Positions 36,280 through 48,779 of a stretch of 64,000 nucleotides of DNA are shown here, in pieces (the stretch's first letter is position 1; the number at the start of each line of letters is the position of its first letter). Under the pieces are notes generated by a model. The model worked only from the letters and a program-made list of their open reading frames with translations, did no database searches and had not been told where the DNA came from. A program made the position numbers and the translations under genes. The DNA comes from Octopus vulgaris (Eukaryota), in assembly GCA_951406725.2 (NCBI GenBank), contig OX597814.1, forward strand, positions 73,036,001 to 73,100,000, in the 5' to 3' direction.

Positions 36280-39200
36280 ATTCTTTATGATAATTAATAT
36301 CTTACATAGAAAAGGACAGTACAGGACATTACAAACAAAATAAGCGATCATGAGTTCATATTATAAGGGTTTTTAAAAATCAGATGATGAATATAATATT
36401 AAAAAATTTGACCGTGAAGTCCAGCGACTACACCTTGCTTTTACCAAGAGTGAGATTAAGTAGGGTCAATCATGCCCAACTTCCTTGCTACATCCTTCCA
36501 TCTTTTCTCGAATATACTTCGCGACATGTGTCTCCTCTCCAGCCTTATCTTGCTCTTCAGATGATATCTGAAGTAGTACAGCAACCCAGGGCTGGACATA
36601 AAAGTTCCTGTCATGACTCCTTGCATTCTAGTTCTCCATACACACTCTTTCAACACTGCGACTGTACACAAAAAGAATGCCTTATCTTCTTTCGATAGTC
36701 TGGTGAGCGGTACAATCTTTATCACAGACTCAGTTGATAGCTGTACTCTTCCTAGATGTGACAACATGTTTTCTACATAAATTATCAAGCCCGAAAGCTC
36801 CAGGCACTGTACAAGAGCATACAGGACGGTTTCATCATCCTGCCCACACCTTGGGCATGCCGGTGGCACTGATATTCCATGCTTGGACAATTTTTCGTGA
36901 ATAGGTAATGCGTTCCTATAGCACTGCCAGGTCAGGGATTTTTGGTAGCATGTAATGTCAGTGTTCATAATCGACAGAGTGTAAGTACTTTGAGAGAAAA
37001 GTTGGACCTAAGAAGCATCAGTTGTTGTGTGCAAGAGAGACGATTGCGCTGGTATGGTCATGTGGTGAGAATGGATGAAGATAGTTGTGTGAAAAAGTGC
37101 CACACTCTGGCAGTTGAGGGGACCTGTGGAAGAGGTAGACCCAGGAAAACCTGGGACGAGGTGGTGAAGCACGACCTTCGAACTTTAGGTCTCACCAAGG
37201 AAATGACTAGAGACCGAGACCTATGGAAGTATGCTGTGCATGAGAAGACCTGGCAAGACCAGTGAGAACAGTCAAAATGAAAATCAAACCAAATCAAATC
37301 AGATATCAGAAAGCAGAACCAAAATTGAGGTCGATCAACATCAGTGGAAGTTGCAGCTGTGGTTAAGCAAACCATCCGATCATGGCCGTTGCCAGCGCCG
37401 CCCCGTCTGGCCTCCGTGCCGGTGGCACGTAAAAGCACCATCCGTTCGTGTCCACTGCCAGGCTCGCCTGGCCCCCGTGCCGGTGGCACGTAAAAGCACC
37501 ATCCGTTCACGGCCGTTTGCCAGCTCCGTCTGGCACGTAAAAAGCACCCACTACACTCACGGAGTGGTTGGCGTTAGGAAGGGCATCCAGCCGTAGAAAC
37601 ACTGCCAGATCTGACTGGGCCTGATGCAGCCTTCCGGCTTCACAGACCCCAGTTGAACTGTCCAACCCATGCTAGCATGGAAAACGGACGCTAAATGATG
37701 ATGATAATGATGATCCAAGTACTCCAGCCTGAAAATTCTCTGAAACAGGTTGGATAGCTGGTTCTCATTGAGACCCAGAGCTCCTCCCTGGATGTCATCA
37801 CTCTTAAACTCTACCAGCCCCTTATAAAATACAGAGGTGGTATTCCTGCTGCCAGCTTTGCCTGTCTTGTGGATTAGCAGGAGTGCCTGTCGGCACTCCT
37901 TTTGCCATTCAGTTGTATTATGTCTTTTAATCAAATTGGGTGTAAATTCCTCCAAGGAGTCCAGTCATGGGAAGAATACCTCTGCAAGTGAATTGCCACA
38001 CTTGTCCACCATCCAAGTAGAGCCAGAAATGCCTTAGCCTCAGCGCATGCCTACACAATCATTAGCCACAGCATCCCTAACCCACCCTTTAGTGGTTCTT
38101 GACATCATACGGAACGCCTCACAAACAGCTTTCCTCCTTTCCACAACAAGCGGAAGAGAAGGTGTGCCAACTTGCTTAGCCATGAATCGGAACAAGGGAT
38201 AACAGTCAGACAGTAGGTGATAACAGATGCAATAAACAGCTGCACCAGCTCCACTTCAATAAAATTCGTAGGGCAGACTGTCCAGTCCCGGTGATTTGTT
38301 CCCGGCGCATTCAGCCAGCACCTCCTTGACCTCCTCAGCTGTGATCCGCGCTTCATGGCACCTTGCTTCCCATGTCGAGAGTTGTGGCCCACCAGCAAGG
38401 AAATCCCTTAGGGGCTCCCCATGGTCCAGTGCATCGTTCTTCCCGAACAATCGGGTGAAATGCTGATGAAAAGCCTTCCGCATCTCCTCTTGTCCTTCGA
38501 TCTTACGACTCTGGTCATCAATTAAAGACTTTATAGAGGCTTCTCTACCTCTACGACTCTCCACACAACGAGCCCATCCGGTAATGTTAATACCCTCTCT
38601 CCCCACTGCACATGACTTAGCCCTGACTTTACTCCCTTTGTGTTTGGCTTTGAGGTGGTGGAACAAGACCGCCCTTGCTGCCGTCACTCTAGATGCAGAG
38701 CCAGATTCCATGGCCTCTTCTAATTCCTTAACTAATTTCCCTCCTATTCTAGTCTTTTCTAAACTTAGCTGTTTACTAAATCTAAGAGAGTCTGAATGAA
38801 TGACTCGTTTGAGGGCACACCACCATCTATTATTGATGATGATGCCACATAATGCCCTTTGAACTAATTGCTTAACCAGGGCCTGGAAGGCTTTACAAGT
38901 CTAAATAGACTTGTTTAGCTTCCAGTATCCTAGTTCCTGTCTATGGCACTTAACTAAGTACACCTTACACGTCACAAATTTGTGATCCATGTAAGGGACA
39001 CAGTAGAAACATGGACAACTAACACTATCCTTATCTCTATTTCTACCGAATATTCTATCGAGATAAGACCTGTGTGAACCATCATTATTAGACTATGTCC
39101 ACTGTGGAATGAGCGGTTCATCCAGCCTATAATGGTCTACTAAATCATAGTTTCTTAGTAGCCTTTTGAGACCAGGATTTCCTCCTCTATTTGTGAGCCA

Positions 39201-39640
39201 ACACTATCCACCTGTGCATCAAGTATAGTGTTAATGTCTCCTGTTAAAACTAGAGTCTTAGACGTTACTAAGAAATTCTCCAAGTCACGAAAAATCCAGC
39301 TTGCCTACACTCTTTCAGAGCGTAGACAGCTACCAACCTGAAAGACTATTTACTTACATGTATCACATCTAGGACGACCAGCCCGCTTTCTGGGTTCAGA
39401 AAGACTGTACTTACCTGCACGTCCAAGCTTTTTATGAACAAAACCACCACACCTGCACCTCCCTGGCGACTAGGAGAAATAAATTTCTCGTAGCTACTTA
39501 GAAGAGACAAGAACATATGTGGCTCATTCAACTTGGACTCAGTTACCATACATATATCCAAATCTAGTGACCTGAGATCATTCAGGAGACAGGTTTGTTT
39601 CTATCTCGACCCCAAGCCACGTGCATTTATACACCCTACT
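36280..39640 (-). mobile_element. Second decayed L1/Tx1-type LINE (internally deleted in RT), interrupted by an RTE fragment
   Basis: Homologous to 18145-21950 (KSPGLDSLPYEFY, QKSLTWQCYRNALP, CPRCGQDDETV). The sequence jumps from PYEFY to the post-RT region at ~38256. Confidence 0.9.
36949..37714 (+). mobile_element. 5'-truncated RTE-clade LINE with 3' UTR and (GAT)n tail, nested in the Tx1-like LINE
   Basis: RRLRWYGHVVRMDEDSCVKKC...GRGRPRKTW; GGCACGTAAAAGCACC repeats x3; ends GGAAAACGGACGCTAAATGATGATGA. Confidence 0.9.
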
Positions 39641-39724
39641 TTAATCTCCATGGAAGAATTTCAAACAGCATAAAAAACTTACGTTTTTACGTTTTGGGGA
39701 GGGACTGCACTAATTTTTGGGGAG

Positions 39725-40032
39725 GGGCTTCACTGTACTCGTTGTCAACCCTCACCTTACTGACAGCATCCCTGTACATGGCTTGTACAGCTCTCACTAA
39801 GCATTCATCTATCCCTAGTTTCTCCATGTCAACGAAAGCCAGGTACAGAGGTTTATCTTTGGCTAGGTATTTCTCCTGCAGCTGTTTTACTATAAATATA
39901 GCATCAGTGGTGCTTTTTCCTGGCACAAACCCAAACTGCATCTCATCTAAACTGACTCTCCCTAATTAGTTGGGCTATAACCCTCTCCGTGACTTTCATT
40001 ACCTGATCCAACAACTTGATACCTCTGTAATT
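39725..40032 (-). mobile_element. RTE-clade RT internal fragment
   Basis: NYRGIKLLDQVMKVTERVI...MQFGFVPGKSTTDAIFIVKQLQEKY...LAFVDMEK. Confidence 0.85.
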
Positions 40033-40064
40033 ACAAACAGCCTTGTCTGGTGTTGTGCTTTGTG

Positions 40065-40270
40065 AGCTGGCAGAATCATTAACACACCAGGCAAAATGCT
40101 AAGCAGCATTTTGTTCATCTTCATGTTCTGAGTTCAAATCCGCTGAAGTTGCCTTAGCCTTTCATCCTTTCAAGGTTGATAAAATAAGTACTAGTTGAGC
40201 ACTGGGGTTGATATAATTGTCTTACTCCTCTCCTGAAACTGCTGGCCTGGTACCAGAATCAGAAATCAAT
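40065..40270 (+). mobile_element. SINE (family B)
   Basis: GAGCTGGCAGAATCATT...GAGTTCAAATCC...GATAAAATAAGTAC; homologous to 42021-42232 and 43445-43665. Confidence 0.75.
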
Positions 40271-40586
40271 ATAATAATTGCCATATATTTTTCTATATTT
40301 GAGACAGTATCATCAAATGTATCCTGCTTTTTTAAAAATAGATTTTAGGATGTGATTTGAAGGAGATTTGGTCACTATTGTTAACATGTCAGCTGACCAC
40401 ATAGAGGTTTCTTTTCTTGGCTCTTGCTAAATAATGATGTAATGATTGTATAATAGGTGAACTGGTTATGGTGATAAAGTGATAATGGTAGTGTTGGAGA
40501 GGTGGTAAGAATGATGTAATCTTTGTGGAGGAAATTATAGTAGTGTTTGTACAATAGTTTTACATTTAAGAGATGAGGAATTATGT

Positions 40587-41033
40587 ACATTATTTACACT
40601 TGACGGATACTTGTCCTCCTCTTGTTTGTTGTTAGCACAATATTTCGGCTGATATGCCCTCCAGCCTTCATCAGGTGTCTTCGAGAAATTTCGAACCTGA
40701 GTTCTCATTCCTAAGGTATTTTTTGATGTTGCTGCTGCTGCTACTACTACTACTACTACTACTACTATTATTATTATTATAATTATTATTATTATTCAGG
40801 TCACTGCCTGGAATCGAACTCGGAATCTTGGGGTTAGTAGCCCATGCTCTTAACCACTATGCCATAATAATAATAATAATAATAATAGCAACATCGAAAA
40901 TACCTCAAGAATGAGAACCCAGGTTCGAAATTTCCCCAAGATACCTGATGAAGGCTGGAGGATATATCAGCCGAAACATTGCGTTAACAACAAGCAAGAT
41001 GAGGACAAATATCCGTCAAGTGTAAATAATGTT
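40587..41033. repeat. ~145-bp inverted repeat pair (40587-40730 / 40889-41033); each arm carries a minimal hammerhead-like motif
   Basis: Plus arm: GATAC-CTGATGA-A-GGCTG...CAGCC-GAAA-CATT-GCGTT. Minus arm: GACAC-CTGATGA-A-GGCTG...CAGCC-GAAA-TATT-GTGCT. Confidence 0.8.
40796..40864 (-). mobile_element. tRNA-like SINE head / pseudo-tRNA between (TTA)n and (TAA)n
   Basis: TGGCATAGTGGTTAAGAGCATGGGCTACTAACCC...GAGTTCGATTCC (A and B boxes); no acceptor stem. Confidence 0.6.
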
Positions 41034-42020
41034 TGCACAATAGTTGTGATGTTGCTGTTGCAATGATGGTGGTGGTGGTCATAGTGTTGTTAATATTTAG
41101 TCCTTAAACAACCCTCATCAAACAGACCTATAATCGAAGCTATTGCAATGGTAACCATTCTATTTTATTTTCAGATAGTGTATCCAAGAATATGTTACCC
41201 AATGTGTTATTTTAGGTTTGATTCAAAAGGAAATTAGCTGCTGTTTCTATGACTATCTAGAGATTCCCTCCTTGGCTTCTAGTAGCAGTGTTATCGGTAC
41301 AGGTGATAGTGCTAGTTATGATAGTACTTTAACTTGTAGTAGTAGTAGCAGCAACAGCGGCCGCAGCAATGATGATTGTAGTTGTAGCAATGGCAGTACT
41401 AGAAATAATAATAATAAGATGTTGACTGTGGTAGTAATGGTAGGGGTGGTGATATTAGCTATTGGTGTTGTGTTAATGTTAGTTGCTGGCAGTAAAGGGA
41501 GATCATGACAGGACAATGAGTTCCCATGTGGAATGCAGTTAGTTAATAACCACTCTTGAGATGTCAATATCTGTGCTGCAATGTCATAGCACTTACTGTG
41601 TAAATGGATGGGGTGAGGGTTAATATGTAACCCCCATCCCCTGCTGAACGCATAAGGTTTGTGAGGGTCATATTACATTGAGCATGATTAGGACTCCAAT
41701 AGAGGTAACAATGGAAATGTTATTTTGACTGATTACATACAATTCAGATCAGAGAGTGAGTGCTGTCCTTGTTACTGCTATTTAGTTAACAAGGTAAGTG
41801 GCAGACTTATCAATTCAAGAGACTTCAAATTCACTGCAAGTCTTTCATTCTGCATACCTCTGGTTACCTGTATTCCTCAATTTAGGAAGGAGAGCTGGGA
41901 TGACCAATGTGGTATTCAGGATGAAATAAGATTTGCCTAATGGTTTAGCACCTAACAACCCATCATGAAGTGAGGATTTCAGAATGTGAAGAAATTAAGA
42001 TTTTATTATTATTATTATTA

Positions 42021-42232
42021 AGGTGGCAAGGTGGCAGAATCACTAGCATGCTGGGGAAAATGCTTAGCAGCATTTCGTCCATCTCCACATTCTGGGTTCA
42101 AATTCCACTGAGGTCAACTTTTCCTTTCATCCTTTGAGGAGTTCAATAAAATAAGTACCAGTGGAGTACTGGGGTCAATGCGATCAACTTACCCCCTCCC
42201 CTGAACTTGCTGGCCTTGTACCAAAATTTGAT
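42021..42232 (+). mobile_element. SINE (family B)
   Basis: Homologous to 40065-40270 and 43445-43665; follows (TTA)n. Confidence 0.8.
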
Positions 42233-42264
42233 ATTCTCATCATTACTATTATTATTGCTATTAT

Positions 42265-43425
42265 ATGAAAATTCACATCTTATTTTGCTGGGTCTGATGG
42301 AAAGTGTCAGCTGTCCACAGCTAGCAGACTAAGGTGACACTTGTTTACTGGTCATGCTTCAAGAACCCTGCGAAGAATTCTTGCAGTTCCAAATAATGCT
42401 AATTTTTGTAGGTGTTCTACCTTCACACTTGCATCAATCTTTTTCAGCCATATTGATAGCTGAGTGCTGATACTTCCAAGTGCACTACGTCTACTCTCTT
42501 CATTGACAACAATCTTCGTGTTTCCCACTTTAAATCGTCATGGTTGCTTATTTTTTCTTCTCCTTTCACATTGATCCTGTTGTCACTGGGACATGCTTTG
42601 TCAATTATCATACATGTTTTTACTTTTTTATTCACTATGACAATGTCCGGTTTCTTATGTCTGGTCAGGTGATCACACTGGATCACTACATACCACAGAC
42701 TTTTGCAGTTCTCATTTTTGGTAACTCCTGGTGTTTTCTCATACCACATCTTTGCTCTTTGTAGGCCGTGATTTCCACAGAGCTCTCAATGGATCATTCT
42801 TGCCACATTGTCATGGCGTTGTTTGTATTTGTGTTGTGCCAATTTCAGGTATTCACTAACGATGTGCCATACCATTTCATTCCTCACCAACCATTCTGCA
42901 TTAGTTGCTATCAGTAGTGTTCTCAAATCTGCACTTCTTATAATTGGTCCTTAATGCTTGTTCCTGAGCTGCACATATAAGTGCTTTTGTCTCTATCTTC
43001 AGGTCACTCCTCCTCATCCATAGCCACTGGTCCTCTGTATGTGTCTTGGCATTTACATCTCTTGCAAACTGACCGTACATTTTTTCCCTTCTATGCTTTT
43101 TTTTTTGTTCATTTTTTGTTTAAATTTTTCTTTAGTTACACAATTTTCAGTTTTGATGATGCTGGCCTTCATCATGTGTTTCAACAGTGGCTCCACAGCA
43201 TTTTTTATAGGCAGTTTTCTTCAACTGATCAACCTCTCCCTTTCTTCTGGACAAGTACAGCCTATCAGTGTCACTCTTAGGGTGGAAGGCTCCCTGTACT
43301 GTTGACATTTTTCTGTTCTTGGTATCCATTTTCTTCATTTTTCTCTTTTGCCATTTTATAATTCCTGTTACATATTGAAGTGATGCTATCACCCATATAT
43401 TAACTGCTTGGATTTCATTCTATCC
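42265..43425 (-). mobile_element. Decayed Dong/R4-type non-LTR fragment with restriction-like endonuclease
   Basis: AQEQALRTNY, CCHC-finger remnant followed by RHDNVARMIH, WYE..P, KPDIVIVNK...CMIID.ACP.D....K..EK; (TAA)n on both flanks. Confidence 0.8.
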
Positions 43426-43444
43426 ATTATTATTATTATTATTA

Positions 43445-43665
43445 AGGTGGTGAGCTGGCAGAAAAATTTTTAGCACACTGGGTAAAATGCTTAGTGGCAT
43501 TTCGTCCATCTTTACATCCTGAGTTCAAATTCCACCAGGATTTACTTTACCCTTCATCCTTTTGTGGTCAATAAAATAAGTACCAGTTGAGTACTGGGGT
43601 CGATGTAACTGACTGGCCCCCTCCCCTAAAATTTCAGGCCTTGTGCCTATAGTAGAAAGGATTAT
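43445..43665 (+). mobile_element. SINE (family B)
   Basis: Homologous to 42021-42232; follows (TTA)n. Confidence 0.8.
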
Positions 43666-45692
43666 TGTTATTAATGAGGGAGAGAGCAGTGCATGTCATC
43701 AAAGTGACACTGGGGTAAAATATACGAAGCCCAGTATACCCATCATGACTGCCTGTCTGATAAAGGTACACTAGGCACATGCATCACAACCATATATGCA
43801 CAACATGGTGATCTCATATCAAGATAAACAGCATATGACCTTGCAGGTGGGGCCCAGTTAGAATTTTCGTCTGGTCAAGTAAACCATCCTGCTCAAAAGG
43901 TCCCTGATTAAGGGTTGTTTAAGGATGTTGAACGAAACACCCATGTTTCCAGAGGTGAATTATTCAAACCCCAAACAATCCCTCTCAACACATAGCTATC
44001 ATGCTCCCCCATTACTTCAGCTTGTGATCAGAGATGCACATATCGTCAGCCACTAAGGGACATGCTCAACTGGTAATGGTCAAGCAACTGACAAGCAAAT
44101 CTGTGGAAGTGAGCAGAATATTTGCTATAGCCCATCTTTTATACCAAGACAAAACAATGTACATGATAACACTTCCAATCAGTTAAGATCAGAAACCACA
44201 AGAGCCACTGCCTGGTACTGCATCAGGGCATGCATTATTATTATTATTATTATTACCACCACCATAAAGGGGTTATTACAAAATCAAATAAGATAATTGA
44301 CTCTGTGGTTATAAGTTTGCTTCCCAACAGTGTGGTTTCACATTCAGTCCTATTGCACAGCATTTTAGGCCTTTTACTATGTTCTCAGGCCTTGTAAGTG
44401 GATTTGATTGCTGGAAATTGAAAGAAGCCCATCATATAATTCAATAAGTGCAACACATTACCAAAAAGTATCAGTGTAGCAGATTGGTTCCATGCTCAAC
44501 TCTTTCCTCCAAGGTAGTCAGACAATCCTTGTAACTCCAGAAAGGTTAGTGTGTGGAGTCTGTATGCTGTATATAAAAAGAAGGCTCACTGGAAACACAA
44601 TTAGCATTAATGTTTTATGTAATGTACAAGCGTTTCATAAGACCAGCAAACATCAATTACATGAACAAAGGCCACCAGCGTCATTCATTGGCATTACTCA
44701 GACAAAATATAACACGAAGACATTAGGCCCTCAAATACACCAGTATGCAAATAAGAACAGTTAGGTTATCATAGAAGAATAGAATAGGAGAAAGTGAGAG
44801 GATAAGAGAGCACGAGAGAAAGTGTGAAGCCTCCTCCTTTGTGTTGTATTTTTGTCTTCGTCTTTTGTTTTCTGTAAATTTGAACTGTGTGTGTGTCCTC
44901 TTGTCTTGGCACTGTGTGATCCTTGTAAAAGAGCGTCATTGTCATACAAGCAGAATCGTTCATTTCTCATTTCCAGTGAAAACGTCTGGCTATGGGTTCA
45001 TATTACCTTACTTGGAAACAAGTGGGGGCTGGCGACAAGAAGGAAATCCGGCCGAAGAAGATTTACTTGAACAAATTCCTTCTGATCCATGCTAGCACGG
45101 AAAAGTGGGTGTTAAAAGAGGACGACGATGATGATGAATTCTGACTTGTCATTTTTTTTTTTATTAGAGGGAATTGTTGAGACTGTGATAAAGTGACTTT
45201 GATAAACGAGATATCTGCTAGATTATGACATGGTGATAATTATATAGTATTCAAACTATCGTCATCCAATCTCAACGATTTTGTCGCGTGAGCTGAAATA
45301 TTATTTATTTCAAATGATAATCAACCTCTAACAGCAGAGATAATAATAAAGGTTACATTTACTAATTTTCACGAGAGGAATTTAGTCGATTGCATACTTT
45401 TCAATATATTAATTGGCAGAATCCGCCCCAAATTTCCAAAGGCTGACTTTCTTTCTTTCTGAATCGATAAAATAAATACTAGCTGAGAATGGAGTCGGTT
45501 TTATTTAATCAATGTATTAAAAATGTCTTTATTTTACCGACTGTGGGAATAGAATAAGGGACAAGTTTGACTAGTATGAATAAAAATGATGAGACGGGTG
45601 TATCTAAATACTTGGCGACTTTTGTGTTTAATACATCACTTTCGCTTTACTAATGACTTGTGAGTACGTGGTATTTCGTAATGCAATCATAA

Positions 45693-46973
45693 TCTATATA
45701 TATAAAGCTGAAGTTGTCTGTGTATGGCAGGTTTGCAATGATACATTAGGGGAGACCTTAGGTTTCGACGATAATCAGTTGGCCAGACTGTTCCAACGTA
45801 CATTCGAGCCGAGGACCCTGGATAATTTTCAGAAGTCCTTGGCATGGTAGTCTTACCGAGGTGCCTTACCTGTTCGGGATAAACTCTCAAGGCATGATGG
45901 CCACGACACCCCGATCTGTCCAAGATGTGGGCGAGACAGGGAAACCGTCTCGCACGCGATTGTGCAGTGTCCGGAGGTGTAAGACATGTTCGGCACAAAC
46001 CCACTTTCTTACTCAGGCACTTCTTCTCCAGCCTTGGGGTCGATGTAATCGACTTAATCCGTTTGTATGTCATTGTTTGTCTCCTCTGTGTTTAGCCCCT
46101 TGCCGAACAACTGTTGTGAGGTGGAGGAAGAGCACAGCTTTCAACTGAATCCATAGTGAAAATTGACCCGCCAGATTTCTTAACGAAAGAAGGTAAGAAT
46201 TGTTTTCTCTCTGTGGTAGCAGTTGCGAAACAGGTAGTATGGAAGACAAGGATGAGAGGGTTGATGTCAGGCAACTTCATCTCTGGTCCTGGTTTGGTGG
46301 AATTTTTTATATTCCACCTAAAGAGACAAATAGGGCTGGAGAGGAGGTGCCTGAGTAAGAAAGTGTTTGATGGAAGAATGTCATGTATAAAATGCGAGAT
46401 AAGCCAAAAAACTGAGGTCAGTGAAGAGGCGGGGTTCGTGGGGTCCGTAAACCCGCCCCACTCCATTTGTTTAAAAAATGTCCATTGTGTTGTTTATTCA
46501 TTCGTTTTATATAAAATCATGTTATATTTTTATCGACCCCAAATTGCGCTTTAAATGTAAAATCATCCGTGATTGTATCATCCATTCTATGTATGTCTTT
46601 ATGGATAATAAAAAATTAAGGTTTGGTAGCCTTCAATTAACACTATCACCTCCGAGACCCTGCGGCGCAAGTTGACCAAAATTGAGAGTATGATAGAAGA
46701 AGGCTTACTCTTCATTCCGTAGAAGATAAAATTCAAATCGGACCATGTTAAGATAAAAAATTATTTACATCAAAAAGGTGCTTTTTTTCTGCGAAAATCC
46801 CTGTTTTTTACGATTTTTTTGACTGCTGTGTCGCCATTTTTCGGTGTATTTCAACCAGAAAAATGTTCACTTAAAGAGAATAACAAGCTACATAATGCAA
46901 AATTTTTACTTTTCAAAAATTCCAATTCCAAAGGGTCGAAACAAACCCGAGCAACGCCGGGCGATACTGCTAG
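45693..46973 (+). mobile_element. Complete non-autonomous Helitron interrupted by a Tx1-like LINE fragment
   Basis: 5' A|TCTATATATATAAAG; 3' hairpin CCCGAGCAACGCCGGG + CTAG|T; inserted between A and T. Confidence 0.8.
45736..46618 (+). mobile_element. 5'-truncated L1/Tx1-type LINE 3' end with target-site duplication
   Basis: LDNFQKSLAW, CPRCG...ETVSH, VAKQVVWKTR, homologous to the other two Tx1-like copies. AATAAAAAA tail; AGGTTTG duplicated at 45729-45735 and 46619-46625. Confidence 0.85.
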
Positions 46974-48714
46974 TATACTATAAAGTTTATTAAACGTGTT
47001 TTTGAAGTCAATACCTGCTGGCTATAATTTCTATAGAATATCTGTAGCGATAACCTTAACAAGTAAATTTTCACTTTGTCAAACTTTTAGCCAATTTTGT
47101 CTTGGCAGCCGCTTTGCCACTATGCTTGCAGTTAACTTAATCATGAGATATTTTTGGTGCAGTTAAGAAACACGTGTTGTTGTTAGTTATTCTCCCTCAT
47201 AAAAGACTATTTATTGAATAATTTCAATTTTTTTTATTTCACTTTTATGCGGTCGTGTCATCTGTTAGAATTCATAACCAAATTTTCCTGTAATCACTCA
47301 CCCAATTTAAAACCATAAAAAATAATTCACTGCATCCATTATATCCCCTAACGCACATTAGCTAGCCCTAACCACTGCAAAACGAGGAAGATAAAAACAA
47401 ACAAAAAAAAAACTTCCTCTTTCGCAGTTGACAAATAGATTGATAAGGAGTTTGACAGGGAGTGCACAAATATCGCCAATAAGTTTAATTTTTGATCCGA
47501 ATCGAAATAAAATAATAGTTTCTTGGCGATCTTACGTTTGACGTAAACGGTACTAGAACCGTAAGATCGCCAGTTTCTTTTACCTAGGCACAAGGCCACT
47601 TTTCTTACTATTTTTGTTTTAAATTTTGTTATAAGAGATTGAATTTCACTGGTTTTTATCGAGTTTAAAGGGAAACTCCAGAAACGATAACAACAACAAC
47701 ACTTCAAGGCGTCATAGACTAGAAAAAACAATTTTCAAGCAGCAAAAGTTCTTGTAGCAATTTTGATTCCCACTTGAAATCACTTGAGAAAAGTATGCAT
47801 GTGTCATTTGTCCCTTGTGTCAATCAATTGTAAGCAGAGTGACTATCAGGAATATGCTGAAAGTTGATTCGATCAACTACATATCTTTCTTACAAAATTG
47901 TAGCATAAAACAAGCTAGCTAGGGAGCCTCGACTCAGTCTATTGATTTGTTAAAAATAGCATCCAAATCTGTTAGTCACATCCCGCTTCTTTAAAAAAAA
48001 AAGGGGGTGGGGTATTGGTAATATAACCCCAGCTATACAAAAAGTCGGGATTTTATTATTCATCAGTCAGCTGGGACAGTGCTGATTTGGAGCGTTGTGC
48101 ATATATCAGAAATCATCTCTCTCTCCATATAAAAGAAATAAAGAATCGCTAGAGCGTTGGACAAAATACCTTGCGGTATTTAATTACGCTCTTAGTTCAA
48201 ATCTCGGCGTCGTGAACTTTTCTTTTATCATTCTAGGAGTGCTAGGATCGATATAACTGACAATTCTTCTTCCGCTAGATTCCTGGTTCCTATGTTAAGA
48301 ACAGTTATTATTATAACTGGTTAAATAATTTGTCATTGCTGTTATTTGTTAGTAGTGATGGCTGGAGGTGTCGTCGTACAAACAGAAAAATATTGATTGT
48401 TCCGCCGTTATAAGAGACTGTTTAGCTAGAAGGTACTGGCAACTGCATCACTACTTTACAAGACAGAAGTAGTCGTCGAGAGAGAGAGTCGAGTCTTGGT
48501 TTTGAAGATATAGGTTCAGTTTATATCTATATCGCTTGCGTTTGTGTTCGTGTCATAGTGCAACAGTTGAAGTGAGGAGTTATGGCCAGCACACAGTAAA
48601 GGACAGCATTGTCTTCTCCAAACCGTTTTCTCACGTTTCTTTTGTCCACTCTTCATGCGGTGGATTTGTCTCCGCTAGCAGCAGCCCTTTCTTTCTCTCA
48701 GTCAATTAAAAACA

Positions 48715-48779
48715 ATGTGCCAAGGCAAGCCACGTTCGGAGACTATCCGTTCGGAATCTGTTAAACTTCGTCTGCTCAA
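48715..48779 (+). CDS. Tentative first coding exon (MCQGKPRSETIRSESVKLRLL...) of an unidentified plus-strand gene
   Basis: AACAATG start context and strong AA|GTAAGT donor at 48780, in a CpG-richer, repeat-poor region (47100-48800). No homolog recognised. Confidence 0.25.

Noticed and set aside
36236-36280. Minus-strand TCGACAA-GAGT/ACTC-GAAACATT hammerhead-like motif
   Set aside because: The core deviates at several positions, and stem I and stem III cannot be drawn in a consistent register.
40796-40864. Functional tRNA gene
   Set aside because: It lacks acceptor-stem pairing and is embedded in simple repeats, so it is better read as a SINE head.
41218-41508. 96-aa Ser-rich ORF with a hydrophobic tail
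   Set aside because: It is built from degenerate trinucleotide repeats (AGT/AGC/GGT), has a TTG start, and has no supporting exon structure.
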